64,000 nucleotides of DNA from an uncultured delta proteobacterium (GTDB lineage Bacteria > Myxococcota > Myxococcia > Myxococcales > Anaeromyxobacteraceae), in NCBI GenBank assembly GCA_963828255.1, contig CAWHDZ010000040.1, forward strand, positions 238,103-302,102, written 5' to 3'. The translations under genes were made by a program, and so were the position numbers. Shown in pieces: positions 8,517 to 22,005 of this stretch (position 1 is its first letter; every line of letters begins with the position of its first letter). The notes beneath the pieces are model-generated. The model was not told the DNA's origin, ran no database searches, and was given only the letters and a program-made list of their open reading frames with translations.

Positions 8517-9563
8517 ATGAGCGCAAACGGCCAGACCCAGAATCCCGTGCCCACCTACACCAAGAAGGACTTCGAGTCCGGAGTCGATCCGCGCTGGTGT
8601 CCCGGGTGCGGCGACTTCTCCATCATCAACCAGGTCCAGAAGGCCATGCCCAACGTGGGCGTGGCCCGCGAGAACATCGTCTTCATCTCCGGCATCGGAT
8701 GCTCGTCGCGCTTCCCGTACTACATGAACAACTACGGGATGCACACGCTGCACGGCCGCGCGCCCTCCTTCGCCTCCGGGCTCAAGGTGTCGCGTCCGGA
8801 GCTGATGGTGTGGGTGATCACCGGCGACGGCGACGCGCTCGCCATCGGCGGCAACCACTTCATCCACACGATGCGGCGAAACCTGGACGTCAAGGTGTTG
8901 ATGTTCAACAACCGCATCTACGGCCTCACCAAGGGGCAGGTCTCCCCGACCTCGCTCCTCGGCCAGAAGACCAAGACCACGCCTCACGGCTCGCCGGACT
9001 ATCCGTTCAACGCCCCGGCGCTGGCGCTGGGCGCGGGCGCCACCTTCGTGGCCCGCTCCATCGACGTCGAGGGCGCCCACATGGGCGGCGTCATCGCCGC
9101 GGCCGCCGCCCACAAGGGCAGCACCTTCGTGGAGGTCTTCCAGAACTGCCCGGTGTTCAACGACGGCGCCTACACGTTCCTCACCGACAAGGCCGTCAAG
9201 ACCGAGGCCATCCTCCGCATGGAGGCGGGCAAGCCGCTGCTCTTCGGCAAGGACAACAAGAAGGGCATCCGGTTCGACGGGCAAAAGGCCGAGCTCCAGG
9301 TGGTGACGCTGGGCGAGGACGGGGTGACCGAGAAGGACATCCTGGTCCACGACCCGACCCGCTCCGATCCGACCATCGCCTTCATGATGGCGAACCTGTC
9401 CGACCGGGCCGGGTTCCCGACCCCCATCGGCATCTTCCGCGACGTCCGCAAGCCCACCGCCGACGAGATGACCTGGGAGATGATCGCGGCGACCAAGGCC
9501 AAGAAGGGCGAGAGGTCGCTCGTGAAGTTCCTCTCCGACGCCGACACCTGGCAGGTGAAGTAG
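8517..9563 (+). CDS. korB: 2-oxoacid:ferredoxin oxidoreductase beta subunit
   Basis: WCPGCGD, SGIGC, HGRA, TPP motif GDGD...NN, YGLTKGQ.SPT. Confidence 0.92.
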   Translation: MSANGQTQNPVPTYTKKDFESGVDPRWCPGCGDFSIINQVQKAMPNVGVARENIVFISGIGCSSRFPYYMNNYGMHTLHGRAPSFASGLKVSRPELMVWVITGDGDALAIGGNHFIHTMRRNLDVKVLMFNNRIYGLTKGQVSPTSLLGQKTKTTPHGSPDYPFNAPALALGAGATFVARSIDVEGAHMGGVIAAAAAHKGSTFVEVFQNCPVFNDGAYTFLTDKAVKTEAILRMEAGKPLLFGKDNKKGIRFDGQKAELQVVTLGEDGVTEKDILVHDPTRSDPTIAFMMANLSDRAGFPTPIGIFRDVRKPTADEMTWEMIAATKAKKGERSLVKFLSDADTWQVK

Positions 9564-9594
9564 CGCAGGGTTCCGGCCGGGAACCGGTCTCGAT

Positions 9595-10416
9595 TCAGGG
9601 GGCGCCGGCGCGATCCGGCGCCCCTCTTCGTTGGTGGGCCGAGCAGAGGGCGCCGGCCTTCGAGAAGGGGGGCGCTGCCTCGGCGCAGCGGGCGCAGGCG
9701 TCGTCGGCGTCTGCGCGCCTCCCGGCGGCCTCGAGCGCGGCGCAGGCGCCCAGCCAGGCCTCGGCCATCGAGGGGTCGAGCCGGGCGGCACGGGCGTAGC
9801 TCATGGCCGCGCCGTCCAGGTCCCCCCGCAGCCAGGAGACCCAGCCCAGGTCGTGGTGGACGAGGGCCAGGCCGGGACGGGCCTCCACGGCGTGGAGCAG
9901 GTCGCGCCGGGCCCGGTCGAGCAGCAGGCGCCGCTCCTCCGAGCTGGCCATCAGGGCGCGGCGGGCCAGGAACCGAGCCCTGACCAGCCGGGCCGCGACC
10001 TGGTCGGGATCGACCTGCAGTGAATCGCCCAGGGCGGCCTCGCCCGCCGCCGCGTCCCCCAGGGCCAGCAGGGCCTCGCCCCGGCCGGCATGCCCCTCGG
10101 CCAGGTCGGGGTCCGCGGCGACGGCGGCGTCGAACTGGGCCAGGGCCTCGCGGGCCCGCCCGTCGGCGCGCAGGGCGACGCCCAGCCCGGCCCGGGCCTC
10201 GGCCAGGTCGGGCGCCATCTCCAGTGCGTGCTCGAAGGCGACCTCGGCCCGTTCTCGATCCCCGGCCCCCAGGTGGGTGTAGCCGCGGCGAACCTGCTCG
10301 ACCGCCCGGGGATGCGGGTTGGAGGAGACGCAGGAGAGGGGGAGGATGGCGGCGACGAGAAGAGCCCGGGGGAGGAGGGCGGCGGGGGACGGGGCGGCGA
10401 GCGTGGAACGGGGCAT
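9595..10416 (-). CDS. TPR-repeat protein, possible lipoprotein
   Basis: Hydrophobic leader ending LPLSC, repeated TPR-like helices (ALEMAPDLAEARAGLG, AADPDLAEGHAGRG); start estimated. Confidence 0.7.
   Translation of the reverse strand: MPRSTLAAPSPAALLPRALLVAAILPLSCVSSNPHPRAVEQVRRGYTHLGAGDRERAEVAFEHALEMAPDLAEARAGLGVALRADGRAREALAQFDAAVAADPDLAEGHAGRGEALLALGDAAAGEAALGDSLQVDPDQVAARLVRARFLARRALMASSEERRLLLDRARRDLLHAVEARPGLALVHHDLGWVSWLRGDLDGAAMSYARAARLDPSMAEAWLGACAALEAAGRRADADDACARCAEAAPPFSKAGALCSAHQRRGAPDRAGAP
9597..9632 (+). terminator. Probable intrinsic terminator after korB
   Basis: ggggcgccgg-cgcgat-ccggcgcccc hairpin followed by tcttcgtt, at the convergent gene end. Confidence 0.55.
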
Positions 10417-10522
10417 CGCCGCCGGTGGAGCGTCCGGCGTGCCGGCGGCCGGGGCGCGAATGCCCGGACTCGCGGTTGCGCCGTGGGTCGCGGCACGGAC
10501 GGAGGGTACGCGGGGCGAATCG

Positions 10523-10551
10523 TTGACACTACATGCGTGGCCACATAGGTT
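10523..10551 (+). promoter_or_regulatory. Sigma70-type promoter for the RHH-epimerase operon
   Basis: TTGACA-17 nt-TAGGTT just upstream of ATG 10562. Confidence 0.55.
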
Positions 10552-10561
10552 CGCAGGACCG

Positions 10562-10753
10562 ATGGCCCGGAAGAAGATCTCGACGACCGTGTACATCACG
10601 CCCGAGCAGGACGAGCGCTTGAAGCTGCTCAACGAGCGGACCAAGGTGCCGGTCGCGGAGTACATCCGGCAGGGCATCGACCTGGTCCTCGAGCGGTACC
10701 GCACCGCGCTGCCCGGTCAACTCACGCTGGACGAGCTGGATCGGAAGGGGTAG
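10562..10753 (+). CDS. Ribbon-helix-helix DNA-binding protein
   Basis: STTVYIT beta ribbon followed by two helices (QDERLKLL, VAEYIRQGIDL); AGGA RBS. Confidence 0.8.
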   Translation: MARKKISTTVYITPEQDERLKLLNERTKVPVAEYIRQGIDLVLERYRTALPGQLTLDELDRKG

Positions 10754-10765
10754 CCGGTCACCCGC

Positions 10766-11707
10766 ATGATCGAGAAGCGCGTCGTCATCCTCGGTGCCGC
10801 AGGATTCATCGGAAGCCACCTCACCGACCGGTTCCTCTCGGAGGGCTTCTCGGTGCTCGGCGTGGACAGCCTGATCACCGGCACGATGCGCAACCTGCGC
10901 CACATGGAGGGGAACTCGCGGTTCACCTTCTCGAAGGCCGACATCTGCGACGGTCTCGACTGGGTCGAGGGGCCGGTGGACGCGGTGCTCGACTTCGCCT
11001 CGCCGGCGTCGCCCATCGACTACCTGGAAAAGCCCTTCGAGACCCTCAAGGTCGGGTCGGTGGGCGTGGAGAAGGCGCTCGACCTGGCCCGCGCGAAGGG
11101 CGCGACGTTCCTGCTCGCCTCCACCTCCGAGGTCTACGGCGACCCGCTCGAGCACCCCCAGAAGGAGACCTACTGGGGAAACGTGAACCCGGTGGGGCCG
11201 CGCGCCGTCTACGACGAGGCCAAGCGCTTCGCCGAGGCCATCACCATGGCCTACCACCGGTACCGGAAGGTGGACACCCGCATCGCCCGCATCTTCAACA
11301 CCTACGGGCCGCGCATGCGGCTCGACGACGGCCGGGTGGTCCCCACGCTGGTCTCCCAGGCCCTGCGCGGCCAGCCGCTCACCGTCTTCGGCGACGGGTC
11401 GCAGACCCGCAGCTTCTGCTACGTGGACGACAACGTCGAGGGCATGTGGCGGCTCCTGCGCACGCCGGACCACGACCCCGTCAACATCGGCAACCCGGAC
11501 GAGATGACCATCCTGGCGTTCGCCCGCTCGGTGCAGCGGCTCTGCGGACGGGACGTGCCCATCGAGCACCGGCCGCTGCCACAGGACGACCCGCGCGTCC
11601 GCAAGCCCGACATCACCCGGGCCCGGGCGCTCCTCGGGTGGGAGCCCAGGGTGGGCTTCGACGAGGGGATGCAGCGCAGCATCGAGTGGTTCCGCCAGCA
11701 GATCTGA
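10766..11707 (+). CDS. UDP-glucuronate decarboxylase (UXS)-like NAD-dependent epimerase/dehydratase
   Basis: [45 protein letters not shown]. Confidence 0.9.
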   Translation: MIEKRVVILGAAGFIGSHLTDRFLSEGFSVLGVDSLITGTMRNLRHMEGNSRFTFSKADICDGLDWVEGPVDAVLDFASPASPIDYLEKPFETLKVGSVGVEKALDLARAKGATFLLASTSEVYGDPLEHPQKETYWGNVNPVGPRAVYDEAKRFAEAITMAYHRYRKVDTRIARIFNTYGPRMRLDDGRVVPTLVSQALRGQPLTVFGDGSQTRSFCYVDDNVEGMWRLLRTPDHDPVNIGNPDEMTILAFARSVQRLCGRDVPIEHRPLPQDDPRVRKPDITRARALLGWEPRVGFDEGMQRSIEWFRQQI

Positions 11708-11718
11708 GGGAGGGGCGC

Positions 11719-12645
11719 ATGGCCGCAAGGATCCTCATCACCGGGGGAGCCGGGTTCATCGGCTCGACCATCGCCGACCGCTTCGTGGCGGCGGGGTGGG
11801 ACGTGGCGGTGGTAGACGACCTCTCCTCGGGCAAGCGGGAGAACGTGCCCGACCAGGCCCGCTTCTATCCCTGCGACGTGCGCAGCGCCGCCGCCGCCGA
11901 GGCGGTCGAGCGGGAGCGCCCCGACGTCCTCTGTCACCACGCCGCCCAGATCGACGTGCGCCGGTCCATGGCCGATCCCCGCTACGACGTGGACGTGAAC
12001 CTGGGAGGGCTCGTGAACCTCCTCTCCGCCGCCGCCCGGGCCGGGGTGCGCCACGTGACCTTCGCCTCCAGCGGCGGCGCCGCCTACGGCGAGACCGACC
12101 GCATCCCCACGCCGGAGGACGAACCCACCCGTCCGGTGTCGGTCTACGGGGCATCCAAGGCCGCGAGCGAGCTCTTCCTGGGGGTGTGGCGGGCGGCCCA
12201 CGGCATCACCTCCACGGCGCTCCGCTACGGCAACGTCTACGGACCCCGCCAGGACCCGCACGGCGAGGCCGGCGTGGTGGCCATCTTCGCCGGGCGCCTC
12301 CTCGCCGGGGAACCCTGCACGGTGAATGGCGACGGCGGCCAGACCCGCGACTACGTCTTCGTGGACGACGTGGCCCGGGCCAACCTGCTCGCCGCGGAGA
12401 AGCGGCACGACGGGGCGCTCAACGTGGGCACCGGGGTGGAGTCCGACGTGAACCGGATCTACCGGATCCTGGCCGATGCCGCCGGTGTGCCCGCCGACGC
12501 GATCCACGGGCCCGCCAAGCCGGGCGAGCAGCGCCGTTCCTGCATCGACCCGTCCGCCGCCGGGCGGGTGCTGGGCTGGCGCGCCTCGGTGTCCCTCGAG
12601 GACGGGCTCCGCCGGACGCTGGAGTGGTTCCGCGCCCGGCGCTGA
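11719..12645 (+). CDS. UDP-glucose 4-epimerase-like NAD-dependent epimerase
   Basis: GGAGFIGS, HAAQIDVRRS, SSGGA, YGASK, RYGNVYGPRQ. Confidence 0.88.
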   Translation: MAARILITGGAGFIGSTIADRFVAAGWDVAVVDDLSSGKRENVPDQARFYPCDVRSAAAAEAVERERPDVLCHHAAQIDVRRSMADPRYDVDVNLGGLVNLLSAAARAGVRHVTFASSGGAAYGETDRIPTPEDEPTRPVSVYGASKAASELFLGVWRAAHGITSTALRYGNVYGPRQDPHGEAGVVAIFAGRLLAGEPCTVNGDGGQTRDYVFVDDVARANLLAAEKRHDGALNVGTGVESDVNRIYRILADAAGVPADAIHGPAKPGEQRRSCIDPSAAGRVLGWRASVSLEDGLRRTLEWFRARR

Positions 12646-12660
12646 GCCGGGACCCCGGCG

Positions 12661-13518
12661 CTACCGGTCCTCGGGCGGCTCCTCCTCCAGGTCGGAGGGA
12701 AGGCTGGCCGGCGAGGCCAGGAGCCGCTCCAGCTCGGCCCGCGCGGCTGGCGCCTCCTCCGCCGTCACCGTTCCGTTGCGCTCGAGCAGCCCCAGGATCC
12801 GGCGCGCCCGGCGGGCCAGCCAGCGCGGCGCCGGGCTGAGGGCCGCGCGCCGGGGCGCGGGCAGCATGGCGGCGAGCACCGCGGCCTGGGCCGGGGAGAG
12901 GTCGCGCGCCGAGGTCCGGAACCAGCGGTGCGCCGCCGCCTCGGCGCCGAAGACCCCGTTTCCCCACTCGGCGACGTCCAGGTAGAGCGTGAGGATGCGC
13001 CGCTTCCCCAGGGAGCGCTCCATCTTCACGGTGAGCAACGCCTCGCGCGCCTTGCGCAGCCAGCTCCGCTCGGTGCCCAGCCAGAGGTTCTTGGCGAGCT
13101 GCTGGGTGATGGTCGACGCGCCGCGGATGGTGCGCCCGGCCTTCCAGTTCTGCGCGGCGGCGTTCTGGATCTCGTCCCAGTCGAAGCCGGTGTGGCCGAA
13201 GAAGGAGGCGTCCTCGGAGGCGACGACGGCGCGCTGCAGGCGCGGCGAGATGCGGTCGAGCGCCACCGGGCGGAAGTCGGGCCGGAAGGGTTTCCCGGAG
13301 CGGGCCGACTCGGCGCGCCGCTGCTCGATGAGGGCGGTGGTGGAAGGCGTCCGGGTGGCGAACCCCGCGGGGTCGGGCAGGGAGAACCAGAGGGCCGCGG
13401 CTGCGCCGGCGGCCAGGGCGAGGAGGGCGAGGAGGGCCAGGCCGACCCTGCCGAGACGCCCCGTGCGGCCCGTTCGGGGCGTTCGGGGCGCGCCGGCCCG
13501 GTTTCCACCCTTTCGCAT
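12661..13518 (-). CDS. mtgA: Monofunctional peptidoglycan transglycosylase
   Basis: N-terminal TM; GT51 motifs ED..F..H.GFD, GASTITQQLAKNL, RK.RE, K.RIL..YL; start estimated. Confidence 0.88.
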   Translation of the reverse strand: MRKGGNRAGAPRTPRTGRTGRLGRVGLALLALLALAAGAAAALWFSLPDPAGFATRTPSTTALIEQRRAESARSGKPFRPDFRPVALDRISPRLQRAVVASEDASFFGHTGFDWDEIQNAAAQNWKAGRTIRGASTITQQLAKNLWLGTERSWLRKAREALLTVKMERSLGKRRILTLYLDVAEWGNGVFGAEAAAHRWFRTSARDLSPAQAAVLAAMLPAPRRAALSPAPRWLARRARRILGLLERNGTVTAEEAPAARAELERLLASPASLPSDLEEEPPEDR

Positions 13519-13629
13519 GGACGCGGCCACGCGCTTGCCTACCACATGGGCGAGCGGACCGGGGGCCGGTGGATTACATGCCCGGAAACTCCCGAACGGG
13601 CGGCACGCGTTGCCGCGGAGGAACACAAC

Positions 13630-14232
13630 ATGAGCGTGAAGCTCTACAAGCCCCAGGACTTCTCGAAGGTGCGCGGCCTCGCCGGAATCTCCAACGATCA
13701 GATCGAGGAGCACCTCAAGCTCTACGAGGGCTACGTGAAGCGCACCAACGCGCTCACCGAGAAGCTCGAGGGGCTGGCCAAGGAGGGCAAGGCCTCCGGC
13801 GCCGATCCGGTCTACGCCGAGCTGACCCGCCGGCTGGGCTTCGAGTACGGCGGCATCGTGAACCACGAGTACTACTTCGGGAACCTCACCGCGGGCGCCC
13901 AGGCCGAGCCGCCGGCAGGGTCCAGGCTGGCGAAGGCCATCGAGGCCTCCTTCGGCAGCCTCTCCACCTACCTGGCCGACTTCAAGGCCATCGCCACCAT
14001 GCCGGGAATCGGCTGGGCCATGACCTTCCAGGACCCGGGCACCGGCTGGCTCTCCAACCAGTTCGTCACCCTCCACGAGAACGGGGTCCCGCCCGGCTTC
14101 CGGCCCATCCTGGTCCTCGACGGGTGGGAGCACGCCTTCATGCGCGACTACAAGGCCTTCGAGCGCGGCAAGTACGTCGAGGCGTTCTTCAAGAACGTCG
14201 ACTGGGCGGCGGTCGAGGCCCGGCTGAAGTAG
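13630..14232 (+). CDS. Fe/Mn superoxide dismutase family protein
   Basis: EEH, NHEYYF, DGWEHAF metal ligand motifs; GGAGG RBS. Confidence 0.88.
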   Translation: MSVKLYKPQDFSKVRGLAGISNDQIEEHLKLYEGYVKRTNALTEKLEGLAKEGKASGADPVYAELTRRLGFEYGGIVNHEYYFGNLTAGAQAEPPAGSRLAKAIEASFGSLSTYLADFKAIATMPGIGWAMTFQDPGTGWLSNQFVTLHENGVPPGFRPILVLDGWEHAFMRDYKAFERGKYVEAFFKNVDWAAVEARLK

Positions 14233-14235
14233 GCC

Positions 14236-15414
14236 CTGGCGTCGCCGGCTCCCATCCCGTCGCCGGCGCGCCGCGCCGGGCTGCGCCGGCGCCTGCTCTC
14301 CTGGTGGGACGCCGGGCACCGGGATCTGCCCTGGCGCTTCCCGCAGCACGCCGCCGACCCCTACCGGGTGTGGGTGGCCGAGGTGATGCTGCAACAGACC
14401 CGGGTGGAGGCGGCGGCGCCGTACTACCGCCGCTTCCTGGCGCGCTGGCCCACGCTCGCGGCGCTGGCCGGCGCAGACGACGCCGAGGTGCTGGCCGCCT
14501 GGAGCGGACTCGGCTACTACGCGCGCTGCCGCAACCTCCTGGCCGCCGCGCGGGCCGCGCTGGCCCGGCACGGAGGGCTGCCGGACTCGCTCCCGGCGCT
14601 GCGGGCGCTCCCGGGCTTCGGCCCCTACACCGCGGGTGCAGTGGCGAGCATCGCCTTCGCCATCCAGGCGGCGGCGGTGGACGGCAACGTGGCCCGGGTC
14701 CTCTCGCGCCTCTTCCTTGTTGACGGACCGTCACAATCACCAAAGGTGAAAAGTGAGCTGGCGTCGCTGGCGGGACGGCTGGTCGACCCGGGCCGGCCCG
14801 GGGACTGGAACCAGGCCCTCATGGAGCTCGGGGCCACCCTGTGCCTGCCCCGGCGCCCGCGCTGCGCGGCCTGCCCGCTGGCCTCGGGATGCGCGGCGCA
14901 CCAGGCCGGGAGGGAAGGGGAGATCCCCGCACCGAGGGTGCGGCGGCGCCCGGTCCGCCTGGAGCTGGCCCTCCTCCGGGTGGAGCGGGGAGGGCGGTTG
15001 CTCCTCTCCAGGGCCCTCGACGATGGGCTCTTCCCCGGGATGTGGGGGCTGCCGGGGACCGTGGTCCCCGAAGGGGAGGACCCGGCCGTGTTCCTGCGCC
15101 GCAGGAGCCGGGTGGAGCTGGGGTTCCGGCTCGAGGTCGGGGAGGAACTGGCCGTCGTGACGCGCCTGCTCACCCACCGGCGGCTCGTGCTGCACGTCCA
15201 CGCGGGGCGGCTCCTCGGGCCGGTTCCGCGCGACCGGGACCGCTTGCGCTTTACATCCGAGGGCGAGGCGAGTAGGTTGCCCGCCTCAACGGCGATGCGC
15301 CGTGCCATCGAAGCCTCCGGCGGCTGGAAGCCTGCTCGCCGGAGGGACCGTGGTGCGAAAATCGTCTCCGGAGAGAACCGGAAGGCCTTGACTTCCCGAG
15401 GCCGAACCGTATAA
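14236..15414 (+). CDS. mutY: A/G-specific adenine glycosylase
   Basis: RDLPWR, WVAEVMLQQT, LPGFGPYTA HhH, VDGNV, C-x6-C-x2-C-x5-C cluster motif; probable CTG start. Confidence 0.9.
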   Translation: MASPAPIPSPARRAGLRRRLLSWWDAGHRDLPWRFPQHAADPYRVWVAEVMLQQTRVEAAAPYYRRFLARWPTLAALAGADDAEVLAAWSGLGYYARCRNLLAAARAALARHGGLPDSLPALRALPGFGPYTAGAVASIAFAIQAAAVDGNVARVLSRLFLVDGPSQSPKVKSELASLAGRLVDPGRPGDWNQALMELGATLCLPRRPRCAACPLASGCAAHQAGREGEIPAPRVRRRPVRLELALLRVERGGRLLLSRALDDGLFPGMWGLPGTVVPEGEDPAVFLRRRSRVELGFRLEVGEELAVVTRLLTHRRLVLHVHAGRLLGPVPRDRDRLRFTSEGEASRLPASTAMRRAIEASGGWKPARRRDRGAKIVSGENRKALTSRGRTV

Positions 15415-15415
15415 T
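15388..15415 (+). promoter_or_regulatory. Sigma70 promoter of the str/ribosomal cluster
   Basis: TTGACT-16 nt-TATAAT overlapping the mutY 3' end, about 80 nt upstream of rpsL. Confidence 0.75.
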
Positions 15416-15492
15416 TCGCGCCCTTTTTGACGATGAAGCCGTCGCAGGTGCACCGGGCTCGCCCGCCGCGCCTCAGGAAAGAACCGGATCGA

Positions 15493-15864
15493 ATGCCGAC
15501 GATCAGCCAGCTGGTCCGCAAGGGCCGCGAGAAGCTCAAGACCAAGCGGAAGGCTCCCGCGCTGGTGGAGTCTCCCCAGAAGCGTGGCGTGGCCACGCGC
15601 GTCTACACCACCACCCCGAAGAAGCCCAACTCGGCCCTTCGCAAGGTGGCGCGCGTCCGCCTCACCAACGGCTTCGAGGTCACGAGCTACATCCCCGGCG
15701 TCGGCCACAATCTCCAGGAGCACTCGGTGGTGCTCATCCGCGGAGGCCGCGTGAAGGACCTCCCCGGCGTCCGCTACCACATCATCCGCGGGACCCTCGA
15801 CGCAGTGGGCGTCCAGGGCCGCAAGCAGAGCCGCTCGAAGTACGGCGCCAAGCGCCCGAGCTAG
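15493..15864 (+). CDS. rpsL: 30S ribosomal protein S12
   Basis: [31 protein letters not shown]. Confidence 0.99.
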   Translation: MPTISQLVRKGREKLKTKRKAPALVESPQKRGVATRVYTTTPKKPNSALRKVARVRLTNGFEVTSYIPGVGHNLQEHSVVLIRGGRVKDLPGVRYHIIRGTLDAVGVQGRKQSRSKYGAKRPS

Positions 15865-15876
15865 GCAGAGGATCCG

Positions 15877-16347
15877 ATGCCCCGTCGTCGCGTGGTCGAG
15901 AAGCGGAAGATCCTGCCCGATCCCAAGTTCCAGGATCGGACCGTCGCCAAGTTCATCAACAACCTGATGCGCGAGGGCAAGAAGTCCACCGGCGAGCGGA
16001 TCATCTACGGCGCCTTCGCCGTGGTCGAGAACCGCCTCAAGGACGACCCCCTCAAGGTCTTCAAGAAGGCCCTCGACAACGTGAAGCCGGTGGTCGAGGT
16101 CAAGTCCCGCCGCGTGGGCGGCGCCACCTACCAGGTGCCGGTCGAGGTCCGCCAGGACCGGCGCACGGCGCTGGCGATGCGCTGGCTCATCGAGTATGCC
16201 TCGTCCCGCGGCGAGAAGACCATGGTGGAGAAGCTGGCCGGGGAGATCCTCGACGCCGCCAACAACCGCGGCAACGCGGTGAAGAAGCGCGAGGACACCC
16301 ACAAGATGGCGGAAGCGAACAAGGCGTTCGCGCACTACCGCTGGTAG
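15877..16347 (+). CDS. rpsG: 30S ribosomal protein S7
   Basis: [27 protein letters not shown]. Confidence 0.99.
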   Translation: MPRRRVVEKRKILPDPKFQDRTVAKFINNLMREGKKSTGERIIYGAFAVVENRLKDDPLKVFKKALDNVKPVVEVKSRRVGGATYQVPVEVRQDRRTALAMRWLIEYASSRGEKTMVEKLAGEILDAANNRGNAVKKREDTHKMAEANKAFAHYRW

Positions 16348-16502
16348 TCCGGGAGGAGAATCGAGGATCGAAGACGCCGACTCGGTCGGCCGGGGCCCAG
16401 AGGGACCCGCAGGCTCTTTGACAGCTCGGTCAGGTCGGGACGTCGCCAGGCGACGTCGGGTTTTCGTACGCAACGGTTCGAACGGTTCGAAGGATAGAGA
16501 AC

Positions 16503-18596
<2,094 letters not shown>

Positions 18597-18626
18597 TCCG
18601 GCGCGCAACGACGGAGGAGAGGACAC

Positions 18627-19817
<1,191 letters not shown>

Positions 19818-19895
19818 ACAAGGAAGAGGCAGCCCCGGCGAACGGCGGTGCAGTTCGGCCGCGCCGCGCCGGGGCCAGAAGCCGAGGACGTGAAG

Positions 19896-20201
<306 letters not shown>

Positions 20202-20212
20202 TCGAGGACGCC

Positions 20213-20833
20213 ATGGCAAAGTTCGACGTCTACAGCCTCGACCGGACGAAGGTCGGCGAGATCGACCTCAAGGACGAGGTCTTCGCAGGCCCGGTGAACG
20301 AGCACCTCTTCTGGGAGGTGGTGAAGGCCAAGCTCGCCTCCGATCGCTCGGGCACGCACGCGGTGAAGAACCGCTCCCTGGTGTCCGGCGGAGGCAAGAA
20401 GCCCTGGAAGCAGAAGGGCACCGGCCGCGCCCGGTCCGGCTCGACCCGCGCCAGCCAGTTCGTCGGCGGCGGGAAGGCCATGGGCCCGAAGCCCAGGGAC
20501 TACTCCTACGACGTGCCGCGCAAGGTCCGGAAGGCCGCGCTGCGCTCGGCGCTCGCGCTGCGCAACTCCGAGCAGAAGATCCTCATCGTGGATCGCTGGG
20601 CCCCGGAGGCGCCGAAGAGCGCAGCCGCCGCCCAGGTGCTGGGGAAGCTCGGCGTGAAGAAGGCGCTGGTGGTCGACGGGGCCGAGAACGCGGCGCTGCA
20701 GAGGTCGATCCGCAACCTGGCGGGCTTCGACTTCCTGGCCACCCAGGGACTCAACGTCTACGACATCCTGGGCCACGAGTACCTGGTGCTGACCGCCGAC
20801 TCGGCCCGGAAGGTGGAGGAGGCGCTCTCATGA
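20213..20833 (+). CDS. rplD: 50S ribosomal protein L4
   Basis: [28 protein letters not shown]. Confidence 0.98.
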   Translation: MAKFDVYSLDRTKVGEIDLKDEVFAGPVNEHLFWEVVKAKLASDRSGTHAVKNRSLVSGGGKKPWKQKGTGRARSGSTRASQFVGGGKAMGPKPRDYSYDVPRKVRKAALRSALALRNSEQKILIVDRWAPEAPKSAAAAQVLGKLGVKKALVVDGAENAALQRSIRNLAGFDFLATQGLNVYDILGHEYLVLTADSARKVEEALS

Positions 20834-21123
20834 ACCTGACCGTCCAGGACGTGATCGTCCGACCCATCATCAGCGAGAAGGCGGAGCGCGGCCGCGAGGC
20901 CGAGCGTCAGTACGCCTTCCAGGTGCACCGCGAGTCCACCAAGATCCAGGTCAAGGGCGCGGTCGAGAAGCTCTTCTCGGTGAAGGTCACCGCGGTGCGC
21001 ACCTCGATCGCCCGGGGCAAGAACAAGCGCGTCGGCCGGCAGGTTGGCCGCCGTCCCAACTGGAAGAAGGCCATCGTCACCCTCAAGGAAGGCGACACCA
21101 TCGCCCTCTTCGAGGGGAAGTAG
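20830..21123 (+). CDS. rplW: 50S ribosomal protein L23
   Basis: [18 protein letters not shown] overlap. Confidence 0.97.
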   Translation: MNLTVQDVIVRPIISEKAERGREAERQYAFQVHRESTKIQVKGAVEKLFSVKVTAVRTSIARGKNKRVGRQVGRRPNWKKAIVTLKEGDTIALFEGK

Positions 21124-21138
21124 GCCAGGGGAACGAGC

Positions 21139-21987
21139 ATGGGCGTCAAGAGCTACAAGCCGACCAGCGCAGCCCGCCGTCACATGACGGTGGCCGACTT
21201 CGCCGAGATCACCAGGGACCGTCCCGAGAAGAAGCTGACCCGCTCGAAGAAGCGGACCGGCGGACGGAACGTGCACGGCCACATCACCACGCGTCACATC
21301 GGCGGCGGCCACAAGCAGCGCTACCGGGTGATCGACTGGCGGCGCGACAAGGACGGGGTCCCGGCCAAGGTCGCCTCCATCGAGTACGACCCCAACCGCA
21401 CCGCCCGGATCGCGCTCCTCCACTACAAGGACGGGGAGAAGCGCTACATCCTGGCGCCGCTCGGGGTCGGCGTGGGCGACCTGCTGGTGTCCGGCGACGC
21501 CGTCGACATCCGGCCCGGCAACACGCTTCCCATCCGCGGCATGCCGCTCGGCACCCAGATCCACGGGCTCGAGCTTCAGCCCGGCTCCGGCGCCAAGCTC
21601 ATCCGCACCGCCGGCTCCTTCGGGCAGGTCATGGCCAAGGAGGGCGACTACGCCCAGATCCGCATGCCCTCCGGAGAGATCCGCCGGGTCCTGCAGGTGG
21701 TCCGGGCCACGGTGGGCCAGCTCTCGAACATCGAGAACGCCAGCATCCGCGTGGGCAAGGCCGGCAAGTCGCGCTGGAGGGGCATCCGCCCCACCGTCCG
21801 CGGCCTGGCGATGAACCCGGTCGATCACCCGCACGGCGGCGGCGAGGGCAAGTCCGGTCAGGGCAATCCGCACCCGGTCTCGCCCTGGGGCCAGAAGACC
21901 AAGGGACTCAAGACCCGCAACAACCGCCGCACGGACAAGTACATCGTTTCGCCCCGCAAGCGGGGCGTGCGCAGCCAGGCAACGTAG
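21139..21987 (+). CDS. rplB: 50S ribosomal protein L2
   Basis: [20 protein letters not shown]. Confidence 0.99.
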   Translation: MGVKSYKPTSAARRHMTVADFAEITRDRPEKKLTRSKKRTGGRNVHGHITTRHIGGGHKQRYRVIDWRRDKDGVPAKVASIEYDPNRTARIALLHYKDGEKRYILAPLGVGVGDLLVSGDAVDIRPGNTLPIRGMPLGTQIHGLELQPGSGAKLIRTAGSFGQVMAKEGDYAQIRMPSGEIRRVLQVVRATVGQLSNIENASIRVGKAGKSRWRGIRPTVRGLAMNPVDHPHGGGEGKSGQGNPHPVSPWGQKTKGLKTRNNRRTDKYIVSPRKRGVRSQAT

Positions 21988-22005
21988 CGGCGAGGACGAA
22001 GACAC

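Noticed and set aside
13601..13616. Sigma54-like CGGCACG upstream of SOD
   Set aside because: The GC is not at the required spacing from the GG and the site is too close to the RBS.
12661..14571. 636-aa mtgA ORF
   Set aside because: The N-terminal half is antisense to the SOD and mutY genes; the real gene starts near 13518.
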